A DNA stretch of 64,000 nucleotides from a candidate division FCPU426 bacterium (GTDB lineage Bacteria; Oederibacteriota; Muellerivitia; Muellerivitales; Muellerivitaceae): positions 32,001 through 96,000 of the forward strand of contig CAVYSE010000017.1 of NCBI GenBank assembly GCA_963771075.1. The letters are read 5' to 3'. Positions 40,015-49,631 of this stretch are shown here, one piece after another. Each line of letters opens with the position of its first letter. Position 1 is the stretch's first letter. The notes below the pieces were generated by a model that had not been told where the DNA came from, made no database searches, and was given only the letters and a program-made list of their open reading frames with translations. A program made the position numbers and the translations under genes.

Positions 40015-41655
40015 ATGAAATTCAAAGCGGTATGGGCATTGTTACTTTTAACCATGCCCCCCCTTTTCGCCGGGGAGCTTGACTTCAAGTCCCTTTCCTT
40101 GGTGCCGATCCAGGAGGGAGGGCGGGTGAAACCACTCGACACCTTCGCGAGGGAAAGCGTCCGTTTGATTACGGGCCATGAGACGTTCGAGGGCCGGCCC
40201 GCGATGGATTTGGCCTGGGATTGGCTTTCCCACCCGCAAGAGTGGGACCGCAAGAATTTTATCCTGGTGGAAAACCTGGATCTCCGGGGCCTTTTGGGTG
40301 TTCCCAAGGATCAAAAATTCGTGTCTCCCCAGGTGTTAAAAAACCAAGAGGATTTCATGGTCTTGGCTCGTTCCAGCTTTGACAAACAGCAGAAAAAAGT
40401 GGCTTTGAACGCCATGGAGCAGGAATCCCTGGAAGTGTTAACGCGTTTAGAGAGTCTGGAGAGCCTGGAATCGGGCGATGCCCTCACCGTGGTCCCTTTT
40501 CCCGATTCTCCTACCCAACCATGGGCCTCCCTGGGGGATTTGCAAAGGGCCCATCAGCAGGACGGCAAAAAGATGCCTGATTCCGCGAGGGAGGTCCTCC
40601 TGGCTTTCGCCGGACTCCTGCAAAGTTATGAAAGCCATGACTTCCCTGAATTTACGAAGAATTCCCATCTTTTTTCCCAGGCCCTGGAAAGGATCGGGGG
40701 CAAGAATTACGCGGATTTCTCGAAAATTTCGCTGGAAGTCCAATTTAACTCATTGAAACCCTTCCAACTGGCCTGGATGATCCACTTGTTCGCCGCCCTT
40801 TTAATGGGGATTTCAGTTCTCTTTCACCTTCCCCGGCTTTTCAAGCCGGGTTTGCTCGTCTTTGCCGCCGGGATTTTGACCAGCGCCTATGGGTTCATCC
40901 TGCGATGCCTGATTGCCGGTCGGCCTCCAGTCTCCAATATGTACGAGTCGCTGATCTGGGTCATCTTCGGAATGACGGTATTCGCGCTCATTTTCGAACT
41001 GGTCACCCATAACCGCCAGTTCGCGCTTTCGGGCGCGATTCTGGCCGTGATCGGTTTCGTGCTGGCCGACAACGTGCCCACCATCATGGATTCCTCCATC
41101 CAGCCGCTCGAGCCGGTATTGCGAAGCAATTTCTGGCTGACCATCCACGTCTTGACCATCACCTTAAGCTACGCCGCATTCTTGCTCTCCCTGGGCATAG
41201 GCCATTTGTGCCTTTGGACGATCTGGAAGCACGGGGAGGACAAAGACAGGCTCCAGAAACAAACCAAAGTCCTTTACCGGGTCGTGCAGGTGGGCGTGGT
41301 GCTGTTGGCGGCAGGAACCATCTTAGGCGGAGTTTGGGCCAGTTACTCCTGGGGAAGGTTTTGGGGTTGGGATCCCAAGGAAACTTGGGCCTTGATCGCC
41401 CTTCTGGGATACGTGGCGATCCTGCATGGCCGCTTGGCGGGATGGCTCCGGGAAGTGGGTTTCACCATCGGCGTGGTGTCGGCATTCCTGGGAGTCCTGA
41501 TGGCCTGGTACGGGGTGAACTTCATTCTCGGCGTGGGTCTTCACAGCTACGGCTTTTCCAAGGGCGGGTTGCCTTACGTCACAACTTTTGTCGCGGTGGA
41601 AATTATTTTAATTGTATTTGTGGGTTTGCAGTCCGCTAAAAAACGGGTTTCCTGA
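40015..41655 (+). CDS. ccsA: System II cytochrome c synthase CcsA/ResC
   Basis: GRVKPLDT, RPPVSNMYES, FWLTIHV, WWD motif WGRFWGWDPKETW, GLHSY. Confidence 0.92.
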   Translation: MKFKAVWALLLLTMPPLFAGELDFKSLSLVPIQEGGRVKPLDTFARESVRLITGHETFEGRPAMDLAWDWLSHPQEWDRKNFILVENLDLRGLLGVPKDQKFVSPQVLKNQEDFMVLARSSFDKQQKKVALNAMEQESLEVLTRLESLESLESGDALTVVPFPDSPTQPWASLGDLQRAHQQDGKKMPDSAREVLLAFAGLLQSYESHDFPEFTKNSHLFSQALERIGGKNYADFSKISLEVQFNSLKPFQLAWMIHLFAALLMGISVLFHLPRLFKPGLLVFAAGILTSAYGFILRCLIAGRPPVSNMYESLIWVIFGMTVFALIFELVTHNRQFALSGAILAVIGFVLADNVPTIMDSSIQPLEPVLRSNFWLTIHVLTITLSYAAFLLSLGIGHLCLWTIWKHGEDKDRLQKQTKVLYRVVQVGVVLLAAGTILGGVWASYSWGRFWGWDPKETWALIALLGYVAILHGRLAGWLREVGFTIGVVSAFLGVLMAWYGVNFILGVGLHSYGFSKGGLPYVTTFVAVEIILIVFVGLQSAKKRVS

Positions 41656-41713
41656 CCGGTTGGATGTTGAAAGCCCCGATGAAAACCCGGCGGCATGATT
41701 CAAGGGGGAACGC

Positions 41714-43120
41714 ATGTTTCGAAACAATGGTTTTTTAAAATCCCTGGCCTCCATCAAACTGGCCGTCACTTTGTTGGCTTTGCTTATCCTCTCCCTGATC
41801 GTTGCCACTACCCTGGAATCGGTTTATTCCACCGAGGCGGCCCAGGCCATGGTGTACGGTTCCCCTTGGTTCAGCTTTTTGCTCGGGTTTTTGGCCGTCA
41901 ATGTCCTCTCATCGGCACTCATCCGTTATCCCTGGAAAGGGCACCAAGCGGGTTTCTTGATGGCCCACCTGGGGATCCTGGTTATCCTGGCCGGTTCCTG
42001 GGCGACGCGCGCCTTTGGCGTCGACGCCCGGATCTCCCTCGCCGAGGGTATGGCCAGTTCGCAAATACTGGAGAACCGCCCTACTTTCTATTTCCAGGAA
42101 GAGAACCAGCCTTATCAAATACGCCCCCTTTCTTTTCCCTGGTTCAAGCCTTCTCCCCAACACCCCTGTGTTTATTCGCCCCAGGAAGGGGTCACCGTTG
42201 CCTTGGATCAATTCTATCCAAACGCGAAGGGCATCGTGGAGGGACGGCCCGTCGACGCAGGAAAAGGTCCCAGCTTGGCGACGGTTCATGTCAAATTGGA
42301 AGGCTCCATGGCCAACCAGGATTTCTGGCTCTTTCTGGGCCATCCCGGAATGGACCGGCTGGTGTTAGGGCCGGCCGCTGTCGTTTTACAGAAAGCTTCG
42401 CACTGGAACCCTTCCAGCTTCGCGGGGCTGAGCCCCAATATCCTGGCCCTTCTTTTGAACAACGACGGAAGCCTGTCATACCGCATCCGCCGCCGGAGCC
42501 AATGGGAACCCGAGAGGAGCCTACCCAAGGGCCAAGCGGAGGACACCGGTTGGGCGGACATGCGCTTTACCTTGGTCGATTTTCTTCCCAGTGCCCTTCC
42601 GGAAACCATTTACGAACCCCAGCCTTTTGGCCACCAACAATCACCCCAACCCGCCCTTCATTACCGCCTCTCCACCTCGACCGGAGCACAAGAAGGATGG
42701 CTAAGTTATGACGGCAGTTCCTCTATCCACCTAGGCGGGCGTTTTTTCACGCTGGCCTATGGTGAAAAACAATCGGAACTGCCCTTCTCGCTTAAACTCT
42801 TGAAATTTCATGTCGGAATGAATCCCGGGACCGACCAACCGGCTTCCTTCCAAAGCTTGGTTCTCGTTGAAACTCCCGGAAAAGAAATGGGGGCCCCTAT
42901 TACCATCGAAATGAATCATCCCCTCAAGCAGGGCGGCTATGTTTTCTATCAGGCCAGCTATCAACCCATGGATAACGGCGGTTATCTCTCGGTTTTATCC
43001 GTGGCCCGGGATCCAGGAATGGAGCTGAAATACGCCGGTTCCCTGATCCTTGTGGCCGGTATCTCCTTCATGTTTTGGTTCAAGAAAACTCTCACCATTA
43101 AGGATTCCGTCCAAGCCTAG
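41714..43120 (+). CDS. System II cytochrome c biogenesis ResB/CcsB-like protein
   Basis: LASIKLAV, AHLG, MNHPL, FYQASY, RDPG. Confidence 0.85.
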   Translation: MFRNNGFLKSLASIKLAVTLLALLILSLIVATTLESVYSTEAAQAMVYGSPWFSFLLGFLAVNVLSSALIRYPWKGHQAGFLMAHLGILVILAGSWATRAFGVDARISLAEGMASSQILENRPTFYFQEENQPYQIRPLSFPWFKPSPQHPCVYSPQEGVTVALDQFYPNAKGIVEGRPVDAGKGPSLATVHVKLEGSMANQDFWLFLGHPGMDRLVLGPAAVVLQKASHWNPSSFAGLSPNILALLLNNDGSLSYRIRRRSQWEPERSLPKGQAEDTGWADMRFTLVDFLPSALPETIYEPQPFGHQQSPQPALHYRLSTSTGAQEGWLSYDGSSSIHLGGRFFTLAYGEKQSELPFSLKLLKFHVGMNPGTDQPASFQSLVLVETPGKEMGAPITIEMNHPLKQGGYVFYQASYQPMDNGGYLSVLSVARDPGMELKYAGSLILVAGISFMFWFKKTLTIKDSVQA

Positions 43121-43308
43121 AATCGTTCCTTATTTCAGGGGATATTCCAGCCCCGGATGCCGGGGGGTGTTTCACCCGAAACCCGTTCAAGTAAAATCCG
43201 ACATCCAACCCATCCGCCAGCGCCTCCCGAATGAAAGTGATATATTGATCCTTCGCCCAGGGGCTAAACCTGTTGAACACAAAATCGGCTTTTGGGAGTG
43301 ACAAGACG

Positions 43309-43518
43309 ATGAATATGAGAATTAACTTGGCCTTGATGCTTGTTTTGAGCCTCATGACGTCCATGGGATGCGGGAACAAGGATGAGGATTAAGGGAGCGG
43401 TGGAAACCCGCCGGCTGTCACGACCCAAATGGAGATGGCTGTCATCAAGGGGAATGTGGTCCTGAACGGCAAGGCCCCGGCCGGGGAAGAGGGCCTATAT
43501 TTCATAAGTATCCTTTGA
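43309..43518 (+). pseudogene. Truncated lipoprotein gene remnant with internal TAA
   Basis: MNMRINLALMLVLSLMTSMGC-GNKDED*GSGGNPPAV..AVIKGNVVLNGKAPA..*. Confidence 0.5.
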
Positions 43519-43573
43519 TTCCGGAAAAACAGCCATGGTTTCTGCGAAGCGGAGAGTTCTCGGGCCGGGGCGG

Positions 43574-44611
43574 TCAGTGGTTGAGTTCTTCGATCAGCCT
43601 CTGCCCCAACTCCTCCGCGGAAACGGTGGCTACCCCGAGCTTTTCCACCTCGATGCCCGCCGCGTAGTTGGCCAGGGCGGCCGCCTGCAAGAGGTCGGCC
43701 CCGGCCGTGAGGGCCAAGGTAAGGGTGGCGATGACGGTGTCGCCGGCCCCGGAAACGTCATACACTTCCCGCGCGACGGTCGGAATGGTTCGGGGAGGAC
43801 GGTTTTTCTCGAAGATGGTCATCCCATGCTCGCTGCGGGTTAAAACCACCGATTGGCAATTGAGCCGCTTCATCACTTTAAAACCGATGGACTCAAAAGA
43901 TTCTCCGACCGCCTCCGTGCCCAAAGCCTCGGTCACTTCCTTCATGTTGGGCTTCATGACGGTAACGCCCTTAAATTCGAAGAAGTTATGAAACTTGGGA
44001 TCCACCGTAATGATCATTTTGTGTTTCTTGGCGTAAGCCACGATCTTGCCGATAACCTTCGGGGTCAGAAGCCCCTTGTTGTAATCCTCGAAGATCACCC
44101 CGTCCGCACCCTTCAGGGCTTTCAAGGCCTTTTGAACCACCCTATCTTGTTGTTTCTCGTTGAGGGCCGTTTTCACTTCCCGGTCAATGCGCACGACCTG
44201 CTGGGTATTGGCGATGACGCGGGTTTTCTCGGTCGTCGGACGGTCCGACAGTGCCAAAAGACCGGTCGTATCCACCTTGAGGGCCTTTAATTCCTGGACC
44301 AATTCCCGGCCCGCGGAGTCCCGGCCCATGGCGCCGATGATGGTGGAGTACCCGCCTAAAGCCGTGATATTGGCTGCCACGTTAGCGGCCCCTCCGGGCA
44401 TTTTCTTGTCTTGCTCGTTGATCTCCACTACGGGAATGGGAGCCTCCGGGGAAATGCGGGCGACCGATCCCTTGATGTAGACATCGAGCATCACATCGCC
44501 AATGACCACGATTTTTTTGCGCTGGATCTTTCCGATCAGGGCCAGGAGGGCCGTCTTATCCACGCTGGTCAAGGCTGGAACCTGGAATTTGAAGGTGGGT
44601 TTTTTGGTCAT
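43574..44611 (-). CDS. rfaE1: D-glycero-beta-D-manno-heptose-7-phosphate kinase (HldE kinase domain)
   Basis: IGDVMLD, RISPEAPIPVV, PGGAANVA, TTEKTRV, DVSGAGDT. Confidence 0.92.
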   Translation of the reverse strand: MTKKPTFKFQVPALTSVDKTALLALIGKIQRKKIVVIGDVMLDVYIKGSVARISPEAPIPVVEINEQDKKMPGGAANVAANITALGGYSTIIGAMGRDSAGRELVQELKALKVDTTGLLALSDRPTTEKTRVIANTQQVVRIDREVKTALNEKQQDRVVQKALKALKGADGVIFEDYNKGLLTPKVIGKIVAYAKKHKMIITVDPKFHNFFEFKGVTVMKPNMKEVTEALGTEAVGESFESIGFKVMKRLNCQSVVLTRSEHGMTIFEKNRPPRTIPTVAREVYDVSGAGDTVIATLTLALTAGADLLQAAALANYAAGIEVEKLGVATVSAEELGQRLIEELNH

Positions 44612-45180
44612 CAGGGGAACATCGCCGATTCTATAAGTTCGCAAAAGATATGCCCCATCATCATATGGCATTCCTGGATGCGGTCGGTCGGCGAGGCGGG
44701 AACAATGATGGCGATATCGCACTCCTTCGCGATCTTTCCCCCGTCGCGGCCGAGTAAGCCAATGGTGTAAACCTTGTTTTTCTTGGCGGCCAGGATTCCC
44801 TGGTATACGTTTTCGGAATTTCCCGAAGTGGACAGGCCCACGGCCACATCACCTTCCTGGCAAATGCCCTCAATTTGGTGGGAATAAACCAGGTCGTAAC
44901 CGTAATCGTTTCCCAAAGCCGTCAAGGTGGATGTATTGGTATGCAGGGCCAGGGAAAGAAGAGCCCGGCGTCGTTTGCGGTAATCCCCCACCAGTTCGGC
45001 GGCGATATGTTGGGCGTCCGCGGCACTTCCTCCATTGCCGAACCAAACCGCCTTTTTCCCTCTTTTGTAGGCATTGACCAGCGCATCGCCGGCTTTCTCA
45101 ATTTGAGGGAGGCATTTGGCCAGGAGGGTTTGCTTGACTTGAATGCTTTCCTCGATGCGGCCACGGATTTTTTCGATCAT
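44611..45180 (-). CDS. gmhA: Phosphoheptose isomerase
   Basis: GNGGSAADAQHIAAEL, NDYGY, STSGNS, RIQECH. Confidence 0.95.
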   Translation of the reverse strand: MIEKIRGRIEESIQVKQTLLAKCLPQIEKAGDALVNAYKRGKKAVWFGNGGSAADAQHIAAELVGDYRKRRRALLSLALHTNTSTLTALGNDYGYDLVYSHQIEGICQEGDVAVGLSTSGNSENVYQGILAAKKNKVYTIGLLGRDGGKIAKECDIAIIVPASPTDRIQECHMMMGHIFCELIESAMFP

Positions 45181-45497
45181 TCGGGTCTCCTGATAAATAC
45201 GACGGACCATTTTAACCGGGGGAACCGGGGAATTCCACGGCGCCTTGGTTAGGCGGGTAATATACTTGAACGCCCTTCATGGGCCAATAATAATAAAGGC
45301 CAGCTCCATCTTCACCTCGAAGACGCGAAGAAATGCTTGATAATTGTTAAGGCAAACCCACTTCAAGCCACGGATGCATGGAAACCATTGGATACCAACA
45401 AACATCAAAATCATTTTTCCTTTGCCGGTCGGTTCCCATTTCCATCCCATGAGTCCCATATATCCGCAGCGTTAATCGCTTTTGGATTTTGTGATCC

Positions 45498-46820
45498 GTG
45501 GTAATTCGACCTCCTTCCCCACGATTCTTGTTCCTCAGTTTCTTTCTTTACATCTTTCTGGTCTTTTTCGGCCTCTGCGAGTCGCTCTGGTGGGAAAGGG
45601 ACGAGATTCAGACCTACACGATCGGTTTGAAATGTTATACCACCCACACCTGGCCCTTCTTTGGGCCGGACGTGAACGGTCCGGAAAATCCCGATTTTCA
45701 AAGGCAGCTTCCAGGCGCACTCGAGGGTCTCTTGATCGGGCTCCCCTTTTATCTCTGCCCCATCCCGGAGGCGCCCTTTCTCCTATTGGGCTTATTGAAC
45801 ATACTCGGGGTGGCACTGTTGGCCTGGTATATTCACAGGCGCCTTCCGGCGCTTCCCCAAAGTTGGCTGATGGTTTGGATATGCGTCACCCCCTGGCTGC
45901 TCGAGAAATGCTGCCATATCATCAACCCCGCCTATGACTTCTTCCCCAGCGTTTTATTTTTTATTGGGTTTTTGGAAGCCTTGCCCGAAATGCGGAAGGA
46001 TATTCTCAATTCCTTCTGGGCAAACGCGGCCATGGGTCTTGGAATTTTTTGGATCATGCAAATTCACTTTTCCTATGTTTTCCTGGTTCCCCTGGCCGCT
46101 TATGCCCTTTATACGCAGGCCCGGGAGGGTAAGGCAGGCCTGGCCTTCGGAGCTTTTCTGTGCGGGGCCGCCCCCATGGTTTCGCTCATCCTACCCACCT
46201 GGATTTTGTATGGGTTTGGAAGGTCCGATGTGGCCTCGGGTTTCACCTCGCCTTTTTTCCTGAAAAATGTCCTGACCCTTCCCACCATCCTGGCCCGATA
46301 CCTGTCCCTGGTCTGTTTTGAGATACCCAGGTATATCGCCGAGCACACCACGGAAAGGATCGCCTTTCTCACCCAAAGGCCGTGGCTCTTAATACCCGGC
46401 TTCTTGCTTTGGGCAGGAGGTTGGGTCCAGGCCCTCCTTCTCCTCCTCTACGCTTTTAAGCGTACCGATCCCGATCCCTTTTGGGTTAAAACCCGCAATC
46501 TCACTTTTATTTGTTTTTTCCTGGTCTATGTCAGTTTTTGGTTCACGAGCAAATCCCCCAATTCGCACATCTATCTGGTCTTTTATCCCTTGATCATGTT
46601 TTATTCCTGTTACGTATGGTCCTTTATCGCGAAATATCCAAAAGTGGGTCTGGGGGCCAAGATCCTTGTCGTCAGCGCCCTCTATTTTCAAATCGGCCTG
46701 GCCGTAGGGCATTTCCCGAATTATTCCATGTACGGGGAGGAGCGGCCCAAAGTGGTCCAGGCCTTACAAAAAATGGATTTCCGCATCTTTCACGAACGCC
46801 GCCCGGGAACCCTTTATTAA
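45498..46820 (+). CDS. Polytopic membrane protein, possible GT-C glycosyltransferase (paralog 1)
   Basis: DEIQTYTIGLK after TM1; many TM helices; paralog of 48242-49549. Confidence 0.65.
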   Translation: MVIRPPSPRFLFLSFFLYIFLVFFGLCESLWWERDEIQTYTIGLKCYTTHTWPFFGPDVNGPENPDFQRQLPGALEGLLIGLPFYLCPIPEAPFLLLGLLNILGVALLAWYIHRRLPALPQSWLMVWICVTPWLLEKCCHIINPAYDFFPSVLFFIGFLEALPEMRKDILNSFWANAAMGLGIFWIMQIHFSYVFLVPLAAYALYTQAREGKAGLAFGAFLCGAAPMVSLILPTWILYGFGRSDVASGFTSPFFLKNVLTLPTILARYLSLVCFEIPRYIAEHTTERIAFLTQRPWLLIPGFLLWAGGWVQALLLLLYAFKRTDPDPFWVKTRNLTFICFFLVYVSFWFTSKSPNSHIYLVFYPLIMFYSCYVWSFIAKYPKVGLGAKILVVSALYFQIGLAVGHFPNYSMYGEERPKVVQALQKMDFRIFHERRPGTLY

Positions 46821-46963
46821 TTGGGCCGATTTTTTTCTTCTCCCCGAAAAGTGAAAAGAAAACCCATTCCACTCCATCCGTCAGCCTTCCATTAATTCCA
46901 CTCTTCCATTTACCAGCGTATAATCAGGGGAAACACAGGGGAGATTTCATCAACGAGGTGACC

Positions 46964-47488
46964 ATGAACTTTACGGATGTTGTAAAAAAAAGGCGTTCAG
47001 TCCGCAACTATGAGGAAAAAAAGATCGTTGAGAAGGACAAATTGAACCAGATACTGGATTCGGCCAATCTCGCCCCCTCCGCGGGGGACAACCAGTGTTT
47101 CGAGATAATCGTCGTGGAAGAGCAATTACTCCTGAATCAGCTATGGGAAAACCTCACGGGCCAAACCTTCGCGCACCCCGCCCACCTGGCGCTGATCTTC
47201 TGCGCCGATGAAAAAAGAAGCGCCGAAATCTACGGTGCCCGCGGCAAGGAACTCTTTTGCACGCAGGACGCCACGATTGCCGCCGCCTACGCCCAACTGG
47301 CCGCCACCGATCTCGGGCTCGCCACGGTCTGGGCCGGTTCCTTCAATGACGCGGAGGTTAAAAAGATCATCCAGGCCCCCGCCCATCTCCGCCCCGTGGT
47401 GATATTGCCCTTGGGCTACGCGGCTGAGGAGCCGCCCCGCACGGTCCGCCGCCAGTTATCCGACATCGTGCACGTGGACCATTTTTAA
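46964..47488 (+). CDS. Nitroreductase family protein
   Basis: KRRSVRNY, APSAGDNQ, LAATDLGLATVW, LPLGY. Confidence 0.9.
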   Translation: MNFTDVVKKRRSVRNYEEKKIVEKDKLNQILDSANLAPSAGDNQCFEIIVVEEQLLLNQLWENLTGQTFAHPAHLALIFCADEKRSAEIYGARGKELFCTQDATIAAAYAQLAATDLGLATVWAGSFNDAEVKKIIQAPAHLRPVVILPLGYAAEEPPRTVRRQLSDIVHVDHF

Positions 47489-47539
47489 GGAATCCTTCGA
47501 CCGCCACCGTTCAGAAAACCTTCTTGTGGGGAGCCAGGA

Positions 47540-48160
47540 TTGTTTGACCGCAAATGGCATTGGGAAACGATTTATAAAGATCAAAGGCCCGAGGACGCAA
47601 GTTGGTTCCAACGCGATCCCGACAAATCCCTGGAATTGATCTTCTCGGTGTGCGTTCCCCAGGAGAGCCGCGTGATTGACGTGGGAGGCGGATCTTCCCT
47701 GCTGGTCGATAAGTTGTTGGAAGCGGGTTACCGTAAAATCGTGGTGCTCGACATATCGGAAAAGGCCCTCCAGCACGTCCAAAACCGATTAGGTTCCAAG
47801 GCCAGTCAGGTTTCCTGGATCACCTGCGACTCCACCCAATTCAAGGCCTTGTCTACCTTCGACCTTTGGCACGATCGCGCGGCGTTCCATTTTTTGACCG
47901 AAAAAACGGACCGGGACAAATATATTTCCTGCCTGAGAAGTTCATTGAAAAGGGAAGGATATTTTATTCTGGCTACCTTTTCCATGGATGGACCGGACCG
48001 ATGCAGCCATTTACCGGTGCGGCGTTATGATAAAAGCCTGGTCGTCGCGGAATTGGGGCCCGGTTTTGAGCTGGTAAGGGAAATGGATGAAATTCATAAA
48101 ACGCCATCGGGCAAAGAACAAAATTTCAGCTATTTCATGTTTAAGAAAACGCGGGATTAG
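47540..48160 (+). CDS. Class I SAM-dependent methyltransferase
   Basis: HWETIY, IDVGGG, LDIS, WHDRAAFHFL, GPDRCS. Confidence 0.88.
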   Translation: MFDRKWHWETIYKDQRPEDASWFQRDPDKSLELIFSVCVPQESRVIDVGGGSSLLVDKLLEAGYRKIVVLDISEKALQHVQNRLGSKASQVSWITCDSTQFKALSTFDLWHDRAAFHFLTEKTDRDKYISCLRSSLKREGYFILATFSMDGPDRCSHLPVRRYDKSLVVAELGPGFELVREMDEIHKTPSGKEQNFSYFMFKKTRD

Positions 48161-48241
48161 GACGAGCTGGCCGTTTTCCCCTTTTTTATCGTTTTGAATC
48201 TTCGAATCCTTTTTTGTTTTAATGTCTTTCAAGGAGCCGTC

Positions 48242-49549
48242 TTGTCCAACCGCGCAAAATTCATATTATTATTCCTTTTTCTCTTCGCTATCCGTCTTTC
48301 ATTCGGGCTGGTTCAAAACTTCTTTGACACCGATGAGATGCAAACCTACCTCATTGGCCTCAAATGCTTCACCACCCACACCTGGCCCTACTTCGGGCCG
48401 GACCTGATCGTAACTGAAACGGGTTTTTATTCCCAAATCCCCGGCCCCTTGGAAGGCCTTTTGATCGGCTTGCCCTTTTATGTCCTGCCCATCCCCGAGG
48501 CCCCCTTTATCCTCTTGAATTTTTTATCCCTAAGCGCTCTGGCGCTCCTGGCCCGCTCCATTTACCGCCGGGTCTCCTCCATTCCCTATCTTTTTATATT
48601 CGCTTTTATTTCCCTGCTTCCCTGGACCCTGCACGAATCCACCAGCATCATTAACCCCACCTATCTTTTATTTGGAAGCACCCTCTTTTTCGTGGGATTC
48701 CTAGAAACCGTCCCGGCCCTATCAACCCATTGGTTCCAACCTCTTTTCGGATTTGCCCTGATGGGATTTGGCCTGTTCTGGGACATGCAGTTTCATTTTT
48801 CCTGGATCCTCCTGCCCCCTTTTGTCCTCTTCGCTTTGATCGCGCGGAAAGAATTAAAATTTCAACCCGTCCTGAAATCCCTACTTTGCTTCACGACCGG
48901 TTTTTTGCCCCTCGCGGCTTTGATTCTTCCGACTTTCATCAAATTCGGTTGGTCCCAGGGTTCCGGCGGAACGGGCACTGCACAGTTTTTTAACCCAGGT
49001 AACTTTTTAGCCTTCTTTACCGTCCTAATCCGGTATTTCTACCTGGCCTGTTATGAACTTCCCCGTTTCGTGGGCCAGCACACCCCGCAAAGGCTGGCAT
49101 TTTTCCGAGAGGCACCCTGGCTCATTCCGCCAGGCGTTTTTCTTCTTTTGATGAGCGCGGTCCAATTCGTTGTTTTGATGGTGGGCGGCTGGAAATTCTG
49201 GAAAAGTGGGAAAAGAACTCCGGTCTATTTGGCCGCGGGGAGCTTCTTCCTGGTCTATTTAAGCTTCTGGTTCACCTACAAGGAACCTCTTGCCCACATT
49301 TACTTTGTGCTAATCCCCCTCATTATCCTCTATTCGTTCCAATGCTATGGCTGGTGGTCGGAAACCAAACTTTGGAGGTGCTTAGGGTTTCTTTGCCTGG
49401 TTGCCAGCGTTTGGTTATGGGTGGGATATGTGGTCCAAGAATTCAAGGCTCCCCTTTCCCTCTATACCCACCGGGAAAAAGTGGTTCAGGCCTTGGGTCA
49501 AATGGATTACCGGATTTTAGGCGAAAGGCGCCCCCAAGCCCTTTATTAA
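48242..49549 (+). CDS. Polytopic membrane protein, possible GT-C glycosyltransferase (paralog 2); start uncertain
   Basis: DEMQTYLIGLKCFTTHTWPYFGPD; ends ERRPQALY. Confidence 0.65.
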   Translation: MSNRAKFILLFLFLFAIRLSFGLVQNFFDTDEMQTYLIGLKCFTTHTWPYFGPDLIVTETGFYSQIPGPLEGLLIGLPFYVLPIPEAPFILLNFLSLSALALLARSIYRRVSSIPYLFIFAFISLLPWTLHESTSIINPTYLLFGSTLFFVGFLETVPALSTHWFQPLFGFALMGFGLFWDMQFHFSWILLPPFVLFALIARKELKFQPVLKSLLCFTTGFLPLAALILPTFIKFGWSQGSGGTGTAQFFNPGNFLAFFTVLIRYFYLACYELPRFVGQHTPQRLAFFREAPWLIPPGVFLLLMSAVQFVVLMVGGWKFWKSGKRTPVYLAAGSFFLVYLSFWFTYKEPLAHIYFVLIPLIILYSFQCYGWWSETKLWRCLGFLCLVASVWLWVGYVVQEFKAPLSLYTHREKVVQALGQMDYRILGERRPQALY

Positions 49550-49631
49550 TTGGGCATGAATTCAGGTTTAAGCCCAAAGATTTTCCCTGTGTCCCTGGGG
49601 TGAAAGCTTGGATTTGGCTTCTTTATCCTTA

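Noticed and set aside
46511..47488. 325-aa nitroreductase fusion
   Set aside because: The real start is ATG 46964 behind GAGG; the upstream part overlaps another gene
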